Of a stretch of 64,000 nucleotides of DNA, positions 47,974 through 57,872 are shown in pieces. The stretch is from a virus. Numbering within the stretch: position 1 is the stretch's first letter; the number at the start of each line of letters is the position of its first letter. The notes beneath the pieces were generated by a model that made no database searches, was not told the DNA's origin, and worked only from the letters and a program-made list of their open reading frames with translations. Location of the stretch: positions 91,232-155,231 of the IMG/VR virus record IMGVR_UViG_3300036770_005084. The stretch is one strand, 5' to 3'. Made by a program: the position numbers and the translations under genes.

Positions 47974-50514
47974 ATGCCAGATCCAATATTAAAACTTAAA
48001 AGATCTACAGTAGAAGGAAAAATCCCAACAACAAGTCAATTGGGTCTTGGGGAATTAGCTATAAATCATTATGATGGAAAAATTTTTATTCGGCAAGATA
48101 CTGGTGGTGTTGGTATAGCCACAACGGTAATTGAAATTGGTAATCAGGGTCTTCAAGGTATACAAGGAAGACAAGGTATCCAAGGAACTACTGGTACTCA
48201 AGGTATCCAAGGTATCCAAGGTATCCAAGGAAGACAGGGTATCCAAGGAACTCAAGGAACTACAGGAACTCAAGGTATCCAAGGTATCCAAGGTATCCAA
48301 GGAAGACAGGGTATCCAAGGAACTCAAGGAACTACAGGAACTCAAGGAACTACAGGAACTCAAGGTATCCAAGGTATCCAAGGTATCCAAGGTATCCAAG
48401 GTATCCAAGGAAGACAGGGTATCCAAGGAACTCAAGGAACTACAGGAACTCAAGGAACTACAGGAACTCAAGGTATCCAAGGTATCCAAGGTATCCAAGG
48501 AACTCAAGGAACTACAGGAACTCAAGGAACTACAGGAACTCAAGGTATCCAAGGTATCCAAGGTATCCAAGGAACTCAAGGAACTACAGGAACTCAAGGA
48601 ACTACAGGAACTCAAGGTATTCAAGGAAGACAGGGTATCCAAGGAACTCAAGGAACTACAGGAACTCAAGGAACTACAGGAACTCAAGGTATTCAAGGAA
48701 GACAGGGTATCCAAGGAACTCAAGGAACTACAGGAACTCAAGGAACTACTGGTACTCAAGGTACTACTGGTACTCAAGGTACTACTGGTACTCAAGGTAT
48801 CCAAGGAAGACAGGGTATCCAAGGAACTCAAGGAACTACAGGAACTCAAGGAACTACAGGAACTCAAGGTACTACTGGTACTCAAGGTATTCAAGGTATC
48901 CAAGGTACTCAAGGAACTACAGGAACTCAAGGAACTACTGGTACTCAAGGTACTACTGGTACTCAAGGTACTACTGGTACTCAAGGTATCCAAGGAAGAC
49001 AGGGTATCCAAGGAACTCAAGGAACTACAGGAACTCAAGGAACTACTGGTACTCAAGGTATCCAAGGAAGACAGGGTATCCAAGGAACTCAAGGAACTAC
49101 AGGAACTCAAGGAACTACAGGAACTCAAGGTATTCAAGGAAGACAGGGTATCCAAGGAACTCAAGGAACTACTGGTACTCAAGGTACTACTGGTACTCAA
49201 GGTATTCAAGGAAGACAGGGTATTCAAGGTACTACTGGTACTCAAGGTATCCAAGGAAGACAGGGTATCCAAGGTTCAAATGCAACTGTTCAGGGTATTC
49301 AAGGTACTCAAGGAACTACAGGTACTCAAGGTATTCAAGGAAGACAGGGTATTCAAGGTACTACTGGTATCCAAGGAACTCAAGGAACTACAGGTACTCA
49401 AGGTATTCAAGGAAGACAGGGTATTCAAGGTACTACTGGTATCCAAGGAACTCAAGGAACTACTGGTACTCAAGGTACTACTGGTACTCAAGGTATCCAA
49501 GGAAGACAGGGTATCCAAGGTACTACAGGTACTCAAGGAACTCAAGGAAGACAGGGTATCCAAGGTTCAAATGCAACTGTTCAGGGTATTCAAGGTACTC
49601 AAGGAACTACAGGTACTCAAGGTATTCAAGGAAGACAGGGTATTCAAGGTACTACTGGTATCCAAGGAACTCAAGGAACTACTGGTACTCAAGGTACTAC
49701 TGGTACTCAAGGTATCCAAGGAAGACAGGGTATCCAAGGTACTACAGGTACTCAAGGAACTCAAGGAAGACAGGGTATCCAAGGTTCAAATGCAACTGTT
49801 CAGGGTATTCAAGGTACTCAAGGAACTACAGGTACTCAAGGAACTCAAGGAAGACAGGGTATTCAAGGAACTACAGGTACTCAAGGAACTCAAGGAAGAC
49901 AGGGTATCCAAGGTTCAAATGCAACTGTTCAGGGTATTCAAGGAAGACAGGGTATTCAAGGAACTACTGGTACAGGTACTCAAGGAACTCAAGGAAGACA
50001 GGGTATTCAAGGTACTACAGGTACAGGTACTCAAGGAACTCAAGGAAGACAGGGTATCCAAGGTTCTAATAATGGAGGATTTGCTATTGTAAATGATACA
50101 AGTACAAATGCTACCAGATATGTACTTTTTGATGATGCTACAAGTGGTACAGTAACTTCTGCTCTTGTATCATCAACAAAACTTCAATTTAATCCATCAA
50201 CAGGAACTTTATCTGCAACAGTATTCACATCACTTTCAGACCAAACACAAAAAGAAAATATTGAAACGATTAACAATGCAATAGAAATTGTAAAACAACT
50301 TCGTGGAGTTAAATATACATGGATTGATAATCATAATCATCCTTCTATTGGTGTGATTGCTCAGGAAATTGAAAAGGTATTACCTGAAGTTGTTGATACT
50401 AATGATATGGGAATGAAGACCGTTTCTTATGGAAACATAGTTGGTGTTTTAATTGAAGCAATTAAGGAACAACAAGTTCGCATAGAAGAACTGGAGAGAA
50501 AGTTAAATGACTAG
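47974..50514 (+). CDS. collagen-like tail fibre (Mtd_N-like N-terminus, S74 chaperone C-terminus)
   Basis: LKLKRS...GELAIN..DGKIF; GTT/GTQ/GIQ/GRQ repeats; SDQTQKENI...IGVIAQEIEKVLPEVV. Confidence 0.85.
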   Translation: MPDPILKLKRSTVEGKIPTTSQLGLGELAINHYDGKIFIRQDTGGVGIATTVIEIGNQGLQGIQGRQGIQGTTGTQGIQGIQGIQGRQGIQGTQGTTGTQGIQGIQGIQGRQGIQGTQGTTGTQGTTGTQGIQGIQGIQGIQGIQGRQGIQGTQGTTGTQGTTGTQGIQGIQGIQGTQGTTGTQGTTGTQGIQGIQGIQGTQGTTGTQGTTGTQGIQGRQGIQGTQGTTGTQGTTGTQGIQGRQGIQGTQGTTGTQGTTGTQGTTGTQGTTGTQGIQGRQGIQGTQGTTGTQGTTGTQGTTGTQGIQGIQGTQGTTGTQGTTGTQGTTGTQGTTGTQGIQGRQGIQGTQGTTGTQGTTGTQGIQGRQGIQGTQGTTGTQGTTGTQGIQGRQGIQGTQGTTGTQGTTGTQGIQGRQGIQGTTGTQGIQGRQGIQGSNATVQGIQGTQGTTGTQGIQGRQGIQGTTGIQGTQGTTGTQGIQGRQGIQGTTGIQGTQGTTGTQGTTGTQGIQGRQGIQGTTGTQGTQGRQGIQGSNATVQGIQGTQGTTGTQGIQGRQGIQGTTGIQGTQGTTGTQGTTGTQGIQGRQGIQGTTGTQGTQGRQGIQGSNATVQGIQGTQGTTGTQGTQGRQGIQGTTGTQGTQGRQGIQGSNATVQGIQGRQGIQGTTGTGTQGTQGRQGIQGTTGTGTQGTQGRQGIQGSNNGGFAIVNDTSTNATRYVLFDDATSGTVTSALVSSTKLQFNPSTGTLSATVFTSLSDQTQKENIETINNAIEIVKQLRGVKYTWIDNHNHPSIGVIAQEIEKVLPEVVDTNDMGMKTVSYGNIVGVLIEAIKEQQVRIEELERKLND
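48139..50064 (+). repeat. collagen-like G-X-Q/G-T-T coding repeat with higher-order duplications
   Basis: 9-nt units; GSNATVQ interruptions at 49273, 49564, 49783 and 49912. Confidence 0.9.
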
Positions 50515-51700
50515 ACCCAATCAGTTTTTATCTCCAGAAGGAGATTTGGAAGATTATTTTGTAGATGAGTATTGGTTAATTGACCAGTGGGTTGGTGATA
50601 CTTTGTTGGGTGCTGGTAGTATTGCTGGACTAGGAATTAATCTCTCATCTGGTTTTGCTGTAGCTCCAGTACAAACTTTTGCAAGAGGAACCAACTGGAA
50701 ACAAGTTTCTGGTGGGAGAAGTATTTTTACCGGAGCAATCAAAACTGATGGAACTTTATGGATGTGGGGGCGTAACTATAATGGGCAATTGGGAAATTCT
50801 TCATTTACTGATAGATCCACTCCAGTAACCACATTTGCAGGAGGAACCAACTGGAAACAAGTTGCTTGTGGAGGATATCATACGGCAGCAATCAAAACTG
50901 ATGGAACTTTATGGACTTGGGGACGTAATAGTAGTGGACAATTGGGAATCAATTTAACTACATCCTTTTCAGTTCCAAGAACAACATTCTCTGGAGGAAC
51001 CAACTGGAAACAAGTTTCTTGTGGAGATACTTATACAGCAGCAATCAAAACTGATGGAACTTTATGGACTTGGGGACTTAATTCTAGTGGGCAACTTGGA
51101 ACTAATAATGTAATAACAAGAAGTACTCCAGTCACAACATTTGCTGGAGGAAGTAATTGGAAACAAGTTTCTTGTGGAAGATTCCATACTATGGCAGTGA
51201 AAACTGATGGAACTTTATGGACTTGGGGACTTAATTCTAATGGGCAACTTGGAATCAATAATACAACTAGTAGATCTACTCCAGTCACCACATTTATAGG
51301 AGGAAACAACTGGAAACAAGTTGCTGGTGGAAATGCTTCTACAGTAGCAATCAGGACTAATGGAACTTTATGGGTTTGGGGTCTTAATACTAGTGGACAA
51401 CTAGGAGACAATACAACAACCCAAAGAAACACTCCAGTAACAACATTTGCTGGAGGAACTAACTGGAAACAAGTTTCTTGTGGATTTAGTCATACCGCAG
51501 CAATCAAAACGGACGGAACATTATGGACATGGGGATATAATTATCAGGGTCAACTTGGCATTGGAAGGAGAAACGCACCAGATCCTCGAACTCCTGTTAC
51601 TACAATAACAGGGGGAACTAACTGGAAACATGTTGGTTGTGGTGGATATCATACTTCGGTAGTTACATCAGGTACTGATCCTACATATTTTATCTCATAA
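50507..51700 (+). CDS. RCC1-repeat beta-propeller protein 1
   Basis: 7 repeats of TFAGGxNWKQVxCGxxHTAAIKTDGTLWxWGxNxxGQLG. Confidence 0.9.
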   Translation: MTRPNQFLSPEGDLEDYFVDEYWLIDQWVGDTLLGAGSIAGLGINLSSGFAVAPVQTFARGTNWKQVSGGRSIFTGAIKTDGTLWMWGRNYNGQLGNSSFTDRSTPVTTFAGGTNWKQVACGGYHTAAIKTDGTLWTWGRNSSGQLGINLTTSFSVPRTTFSGGTNWKQVSCGDTYTAAIKTDGTLWTWGLNSSGQLGTNNVITRSTPVTTFAGGSNWKQVSCGRFHTMAVKTDGTLWTWGLNSNGQLGINNTTSRSTPVTTFIGGNNWKQVAGGNASTVAIRTNGTLWVWGLNTSGQLGDNTTTQRNTPVTTFAGGTNWKQVSCGFSHTAAIKTDGTLWTWGYNYQGQLGIGRRNAPDPRTPVTTITGGTNWKHVGCGGYHTSVVTSGTDPTYFIS

Positions 51701-51717
51701 ATAATTAAAAAAGTCAT

Positions 51718-52365
51718 ATGTATGCACTCGTTAATGGTCAGGAATTACTTTTGGGACCAATTGCATTTAATTATAGAATGATTAATTCTTCTCTTGAGGA
51801 AGAGTTAGAGTTGAATTATAGAGTGACATCACAAGATTATCAAAACGTTCCAATTATAATTACAGAAGATATTAGAATTATAACTGCAAGAAATGAAGTT
51901 CCAGAATTTGATTCGAGATTTGAAGAAGTATATCAAACAGGAAGATCAATCAATGAAAGTGAAGTAGTATTTCATTATAGTGTAAGAGAAAAACCATTAG
52001 AACAAATTAAAGATGAATATAAAGTAGGAGTAAAACCAGAAAGACAAAGAAGAGAAAATACATCAATTGAAGTTACTATTAATAATTCTACAATTACATT
52101 ATCAACAAGTAGAGAAAGTAGATTAGAATTTATTTCTAAACTTCTTGGAAATGAGGGACCATATAATTTCAAGTTTGATAGTGGAACTTGGGTAGAAATT
52201 AGTAAAGTAGATTTGCAATATATTATTTCACAGATTGATTCAAAAGTTCAAGAAGCATTTGATTGGGAACTTGCAAAACTTCAAGAGATTGATGCTTGTG
52301 AAACTAAAGAAGAAGTTTATGAAGTAGAGATTGTTCCTTCTGTAGAGATGACTGGAGTAGTCTAA
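51718..52365 (+). CDS. DUF4376-like tail-fibre-associated protein
   Basis: K.ER.RRE, TSRESR, VQ.AFDWE..K..EIDAC.T. Confidence 0.55.
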   Translation: MYALVNGQELLLGPIAFNYRMINSSLEEELELNYRVTSQDYQNVPIIITEDIRIITARNEVPEFDSRFEEVYQTGRSINESEVVFHYSVREKPLEQIKDEYKVGVKPERQRRENTSIEVTINNSTITLSTSRESRLEFISKLLGNEGPYNFKFDSGTWVEISKVDLQYIISQIDSKVQEAFDWELAKLQEIDACETKEEVYEVEIVPSVEMTGVV

Positions 52366-52366
52366 A

Positions 52367-53584
52367 ATGCCCAATCCAATAACCAACTTTAGAGATTCTT
52401 TTGGTGTTGATTTAGGTAATAAACTTATTACCAAAGAATACTTAATGACTGTGTATCCACAGATTGCGAGTCAGTTGATTACTCCAGAACTTTGGGTTTG
52501 GGGAAATAACGCTAATGGAAAGTTGGGTAATAATACATCCACAAATAGATCCACTCCAGTCACTACACTCTCAGGTGGAGCAAACTGGAAACAAGTTGCC
52601 TGTGGAGATTTATTTACTTCAGCAATTAAAACTGATGGAACATTATGGACTTGGGGAAGTAGTCAATTTGGGTATTTAGGTGATAATACAACAACCGATA
52701 GATCCACTCCAGTCACTACATTTGCTGGAGGAACCAACTGGAAACAAGTTGATGCAGGAACTCGTAACAATGCAGCAATCAAAACTGATGGAACATTATG
52801 GACTTGGGGAAATAATCTCTATGGATCAATTGGAAACAATACAACAACCGATAGATCCACTCCAGTCACTACATTTGCTGGAGGAACCAACTGGAAACAA
52901 GTTGCTTGTGGTGGATTTCATGTAGCAGCAATTAAAACTGATGGAACTTTATGGACTTGGGGACGTAATTCTGATGGACAACTAGGAAACAATACAATAA
53001 CCAATAGATCCACTCCAGTAACCACATTTGCAGGAGGAACCAACTGGAAACAAGTTTCTGGTGGATATATTCATACGGCAGCAATCAAGACTGATGGAAC
53101 ATTGTGGACTTGGGGAAGTAATAGTTTTGGACGACTGGGAGATAATACAGCAGTCCGAAGATCAATTCCAGTCACCACATTTGCAGGAGGAAACAACTGG
53201 AAACAAGTTGATTGTGGTAGTGGTTCTACATCAGCAATCAAAACTGATGGAACATTATGGAATTGGGGCGATAATTTTTATGGACAACTAGGACACAATA
53301 TAGGAGGTTCTGCAGGTTCTAGATCCACTCCAGTAACCACATTTGCAGGAGGAAACAATTGGAAACAAGTTTCCTGTGGTAGTCATCACATAATATCCAC
53401 GAAAACTGATGGGACTTTATGGACCTGGGGAAGAGGTGATAGTGGTCAATTAGGAACTAATACATCAGTGAATAGATCAACTCCAGTCACAACATTCGCA
53501 GGAGGGACCAACTGGAAACAAGTTTCTGGTGGTGGTGCTTCTACAGTAGCAATAAGAACTTCAGACGATTTACAAGGTATCTAA
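52367..53584 (+). CDS. RCC1-repeat beta-propeller protein 2
   Basis: 7 RCC1 repeats. Confidence 0.9.
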   Translation: MPNPITNFRDSFGVDLGNKLITKEYLMTVYPQIASQLITPELWVWGNNANGKLGNNTSTNRSTPVTTLSGGANWKQVACGDLFTSAIKTDGTLWTWGSSQFGYLGDNTTTDRSTPVTTFAGGTNWKQVDAGTRNNAAIKTDGTLWTWGNNLYGSIGNNTTTDRSTPVTTFAGGTNWKQVACGGFHVAAIKTDGTLWTWGRNSDGQLGNNTITNRSTPVTTFAGGTNWKQVSGGYIHTAAIKTDGTLWTWGSNSFGRLGDNTAVRRSIPVTTFAGGNNWKQVDCGSGSTSAIKTDGTLWNWGDNFYGQLGHNIGGSAGSRSTPVTTFAGGNNWKQVSCGSHHIISTKTDGTLWTWGRGDSGQLGTNTSVNRSTPVTTFAGGTNWKQVSGGGASTVAIRTSDDLQGI

Positions 53585-53609
53585 ATACCTTCAAATACAT
53601 TATTCCTTT

Positions 53610-54959
53610 ATGAACCCCCTTGAGTTAGTTGCAAAAACATTATATTCCTTTCAAGAACATCAACTTACATTTGAACTTCTAGATGCTTTTGGAAAGAGAG
53701 CACAAGTATTCCAGCAATATGATGAGATTGCAAAATGCTTCTTTGAACTTAAAAATTTCTCCAAAGCAATTGAGTATGGAGAACAAGGACTCAAATTAGC
53801 ACAAACAAAAGAAGAAAAATATATAACAGCAAAGAACCTGATTAATGCATATAATCAGTCAAATTATCCAGAGAAATCAATCACACAGATTGAAAAATTA
53901 AAGAAACAAAATCCTCAAGATGCTGAACTTCTTCTTGAAGAAACTTTTGCTTATTCTGCAATTAATCAAAAAGATGAAGCAGAGAAACTTCTCTTCAATC
54001 TTCTTCAAAAGAAACTGCCGGAAGAAATTGAAAGAAAGGCATATCACAACTTATCGGGACATTATTTTAGGAAGAATGATATTCATACCGGACTTCATCA
54101 TTTTCTCAAAGCAGGAGAAGTAGAAGCATATAAGAATAGAAAACTTCCTGAGTATGAGAAATGGGATGGAACCATTACATCTGGAAGGACTATTATTATA
54201 GATAATGAATGTGGTGCCGGTGATGAAGTAATTCATATTCGTTTTATGAAGCATCTCAAAGAACTTGGAATGAAACCTATTTGGAGTTCAACCAGAAGAG
54301 AACTAGTAGAACTTTTTCAATATAATGGTTATGATGCTGTTTGTGTTTATGATAATCCAGAGTTTCCTAAAGATTCTTGCTGGGTTTATGGACTTGCACT
54401 TCCTTATTATCTCAACTTAACAATAGAAGATTTAGGACAAAAACCTTATCTTCAAACCATTCCAAAGTATGATAAGAAATGGGAATGGATGCATGAAGAT
54501 ACTGAATATAAGATTGGAATGTTCTGGGCATCTAGTTCTACATTTGAACAGAACTCTTTTAGAAGTTTAGAACTCAAAGACTATATGAGTGCTCTTGGAG
54601 ATAAAGGATATTCACTTTATTCACTTCAAACTCATAGTGATAATAAAGATGCTGATGAGTATCCAGAAATTAAGCAATCACTATCAGTTCAAGGTAGAGA
54701 GTTTGCTGATACATTCTCTATTATCAAAAATCTTGATATGGTTGTGACTTCTTGTAGTTTTGTTGCTCACGTAGCAGCATCATTAGGAAAAGAAGTCTGT
54801 GTCTTTGTTCCTATTATGGAATATTATGTTTGGACAAGTTCAACAGGAAAATCTATGTGGTATGGAGATAATGTTCATCTCTTTAAGCAAAAGAAACCAA
54901 GAAATTGGGATGAACCTTTGAAGCAACTGAAGGAGTTTCTAAATGATAGAGGAGTATAA
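53610..54959 (+). CDS. TPR-domain glycosyltransferase (GT9-like C-terminus)
   Basis: TPR N-term; WDG...GRTI.I..ECG.GD.I..RF; F.DT..II..LD.VVT....AH.AA.LGK; WY...V.LF.Q. Confidence 0.75.
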   Translation: MNPLELVAKTLYSFQEHQLTFELLDAFGKRAQVFQQYDEIAKCFFELKNFSKAIEYGEQGLKLAQTKEEKYITAKNLINAYNQSNYPEKSITQIEKLKKQNPQDAELLLEETFAYSAINQKDEAEKLLFNLLQKKLPEEIERKAYHNLSGHYFRKNDIHTGLHHFLKAGEVEAYKNRKLPEYEKWDGTITSGRTIIIDNECGAGDEVIHIRFMKHLKELGMKPIWSSTRRELVELFQYNGYDAVCVYDNPEFPKDSCWVYGLALPYYLNLTIEDLGQKPYLQTIPKYDKKWEWMHEDTEYKIGMFWASSSTFEQNSFRSLELKDYMSALGDKGYSLYSLQTHSDNKDADEYPEIKQSLSVQGREFADTFSIIKNLDMVVTSCSFVAHVAASLGKEVCVFVPIMEYYVWTSSTGKSMWYGDNVHLFKQKKPRNWDEPLKQLKEFLNDRGV

Positions 54960-55401
54960 CCTTTCTTTTCTTAATCTAAATACCATTAAGAACATACTTC
55001 TGAAAATAGAAACCAGTTCTCACGGACTCGTAACTAAAGGTGTTTCTACTTATAATCACGGAATGCCTACTCTAATGTATCCAGAATTGACTGGATTAAA
55101 AAATACAATCAAACAATATGTGAGATTATATTGCAATAAGTATGAGATTCCACCTTTAAAGTTTATCAACAGTTGGTTCAATATTTCACAACCAGGAAAT
55201 AAACTCAAAGCACATAAGCACGAAGAAAGTATTGTAAGTGGTGCATTTTATATTTCTGGAAAAACTCCTTTGATATTTCCAGATATATCAATCAATCCTT
55301 ATCCTGGATTATTAGTCATCTTCTCAAGTGATTTGGTTCATTATACAGAAGAAGAAACAGAAGAACGAATTATTATTAGTTTTAACACAGATTACCTATG
55401 A
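54943..55401 (+). CDS. putative 2OG-Fe(II) oxygenase
   Basis: SWFNI...G....AHKH...SGAFY, P.PG.LVIF.S.L.H, R..ISFN. Confidence 0.75.
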   Translation: MIEEYNLSFLNLNTIKNILLKIETSSHGLVTKGVSTYNHGMPTLMYPELTGLKNTIKQYVRLYCNKYEIPPLKFINSWFNISQPGNKLKAHKHEESIVSGAFYISGKTPLIFPDISINPYPGLLVIFSSDLVHYTEEETEERIIISFNTDYL

Positions 55402-56078
55402 GATTTCATACATTTTATACAAACAATCTTCCAGAAAAACTGATAGAAGATCATAAGAAAGTTTGTAATCATATAGGTATTGAAGTTGAATATCATAGTG
55501 AAGAATTTACTGATTATAGTGGTGTTTATACTGCTCACGGAAAGTTTATGACTTCTGTGATGGAGCAAGATGAAGTTGCTTGTTTTTTAGATATTGATTG
55601 CCTTCCTCATAATAAAGAACTTCTAGAGAAAGCATATTCCTGGGCAGTAGAAAATCAATCATTTGTAGGTAATGCTCAAAACATTTCTCATACTCAAATG
55701 AGAAATCATATCTATGCCGCTGCTTCTTGTTTGATTGTGACAAAAGATGCTTGGAATACATTAGGCAATCCAGACTTTTCTTGGTTTATGCAAAATGGAG
55801 TGCAAATAGATACAGCACAACTTTTAACTTTAAGAGCAGACCAAATTGGAATGTCTTATCAGTTAATGTATCCAGTTGGTTATGATAGCAAAGAAGAATA
55901 TAAACTTTCTGGATATGGAATGTATGGAACAGGAACTTTATATCCAGCAACCTGGCATTATTTTAGAATCAGTAAGTTTAAAGATTCAATTCCAGACCTC
56001 TGGACAACTCGTGTAAATAATATATTAGAAGACAAAAAAATTATTCCAAATTATTCATCGTGTTTTTATGAATTATAA
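55398..56078 (+). CDS. putative glycosyltransferase (GT-A, DxD)
   Basis: CFLDIDCLP motif; island context. Confidence 0.5.
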   Translation: MRFHTFYTNNLPEKLIEDHKKVCNHIGIEVEYHSEEFTDYSGVYTAHGKFMTSVMEQDEVACFLDIDCLPHNKELLEKAYSWAVENQSFVGNAQNISHTQMRNHIYAAASCLIVTKDAWNTLGNPDFSWFMQNGVQIDTAQLLTLRADQIGMSYQLMYPVGYDSKEEYKLSGYGMYGTGTLYPATWHYFRISKFKDSIPDLWTTRVNNILEDKKIIPNYSSCFYEL

Positions 56079-56835
56079 ATTTTTATTTTTAGTTGGTTCT
56101 GCAGTCAATCATTTTCAAGAAGAACATTATAGTGAGTTTAGTGCAGAAGAAAGATTTCAACAGACATTAGATACCATTCAATCAATTAGACATAAAGTTC
56201 CTGATGCTTATATTTTGATTTATGAGGCATCAGAAACACAAATCAAACAAGAATATAAGGATAAATTTATTGAACAGAGTGACTTATTTCTTGAGTTTGG
56301 AAATGATATGTATATGAAAACTCTTTATGAGAATCTTCACCAGAATCCAAATAATTTTACATTTGTAAAGTCTATGCTTGAGTGCAGGTGTTTGGAATTG
56401 GTTTTAGATTATATGATGGAGTATAATGTTTTTAATGATGTTACTAGAATATTCAAGTTGAGTGGAAGATATAAACTTAATGAATACTTTGATATTAATG
56501 ATTATAAAACTAGGTTCTTAATGAATAAGTATGTGATGAGATATTATGACTACGAAGAAAGATTTAAAAATATGGATGATGTTTATACAACTCTTTACGG
56601 ATGTAAAGGAAGTGTTGTAACTGGTTTGTGGTCATTTGATAGGTTTTTGTTTAATGATGTTTATAGTGTTCTTCAAAAAAGTTTTCAGTATATGGAAAGA
56701 GCAATTCAAATGACTGCTGGAATTGATATTGAACATTCTTTCTATCATTTTATTGATAGAGATAAAATCCTAAATGTTCCTGTGCTTGGATTGGATTTGA
56801 TCAAAGGTATGAGTGGAGAGAGGTATTCATTATGA
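56068..56835 (+). CDS. hypothetical protein (possible glycan-modifying enzyme)
   Basis: ER..QT..TI.SI, FKLSGRY, DIEH. Confidence 0.5.
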   Translation: MNYKFLFLVGSAVNHFQEEHYSEFSAEERFQQTLDTIQSIRHKVPDAYILIYEASETQIKQEYKDKFIEQSDLFLEFGNDMYMKTLYENLHQNPNNFTFVKSMLECRCLELVLDYMMEYNVFNDVTRIFKLSGRYKLNEYFDINDYKTRFLMNKYVMRYYDYEERFKNMDDVYTTLYGCKGSVVTGLWSFDRFLFNDVYSVLQKSFQYMERAIQMTAGIDIEHSFYHFIDRDKILNVPVLGLDLIKGMSGERYSL

Positions 56836-57506
56836 AAATAGCAATCTTTTATCATATAGCACAAATGGGTTTAGGTGCTTTTGTTTATCAGCAGCAACTT
56901 CATAGATTATATTCTTCTGGGTTACTTCAAGTATCAGATTATATTTATTTTGGAGTTAATGGAGACCAAGAACTTTTTAATATTCCAGAAAAAGCAATAG
57001 TTAATTATAATAAAGATTGGAAGTCTGAAAAGGAAACTTTGTTATCATTAAAACAATTTTGTAAAGAAAACCCAGATTATAAAGTCTTATACTTTCATAC
57101 AAAGGGAGCAACTAAAGATGAACTTTCAGTTCATTCTTGGAGATTGATGATGGAATATTTTATAATTGATAAATGGAAAGAGTGTGTAAAACATCTTGAT
57201 GAATATACTTGTGTGGGATGCCATTTGGGAACAATAGGACCAAGTATATGTGCGGATGGTTCTTTAATTGAAAATGATAGAACTTATGCTTATATGGGAA
57301 ACTTTTGGTGGGCAAATGCTTCTTATATAAACACAATCAAATCTAGATATATTGATTCTGATTGTAGAATGGAAAAGGAAAGATGGATTGGAGATAGTGA
57401 TAGTTGTTACCCAAAAACATTATATAATAATATAAATTTTGATAGAGACCCATTTAACTTTAATAACTATGAGTATTATTTCAGGGAGGAAGATTATATA
57501 AAATGA
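56832..57506 (+). CDS. hypothetical protein (possible glycosyltransferase)
   Basis: E..TL, LYFHTKG, WR..M.YF, GNFWWA...YI, E.WIG. Confidence 0.5.
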   Translation: MKIAIFYHIAQMGLGAFVYQQQLHRLYSSGLLQVSDYIYFGVNGDQELFNIPEKAIVNYNKDWKSEKETLLSLKQFCKENPDYKVLYFHTKGATKDELSVHSWRLMMEYFIIDKWKECVKHLDEYTCVGCHLGTIGPSICADGSLIENDRTYAYMGNFWWANASYINTIKSRYIDSDCRMEKERWIGDSDSCYPKTLYNNINFDRDPFNFNNYEYYFREEDYIK

Positions 57507-57871
57507 GACCTTGTGGAGATTGTACTGCTTGTTGTACTTGGTTAAAAGGAAGTGCTTATGGATATGAGTTTGGTGGTGGAAAGTCCTGTAAATTCTTATG
57601 TGGATCGGGATGTAGTGTTCATAAGGCAAGACCAAAAGTATGTGAAAGTTATTTCTGTGCCTGGTCTCAAGAACTTATAGATGAAGAAATGAGACCTGAT
57701 AAATGTGGAATAATTGTTTCGGTGGAGAATGCTGAGAACGGTCAATATTTAAGACTTACTCCAATTAAAAATAAAATAAATACAGATATATTAGAATATT
57801 TTAAGGGGTGGGGAAAGATAATGAACACTCCAGTTTTGTATTTAAACAATTATATCTGGAAAAATTTCTAA
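57503..57871 (+). CDS. YkgJ-like Cys-cluster (Zn/Fe-chelating) protein
   Basis: CGDCTACC...C..L...GC.VH..RP.VC..Y.C.W. Confidence 0.7.
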   Translation: MRPCGDCTACCTWLKGSAYGYEFGGGKSCKFLCGSGCSVHKARPKVCESYFCAWSQELIDEEMRPDKCGIIVSVENAENGQYLRLTPIKNKINTDILEYFKGWGKIMNTPVLYLNNYIWKNF

Positions 57872-57872
57872 A

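Noticed and set aside
48055-50092. 653-aa alternative-frame ORF and several antisense ORFs over the collagen repeat (likewise 41543-43838)
   Set aside because: Low-complexity shadows of 9-nt units that lack stops; no SD, and they coincide with the repeat boundaries
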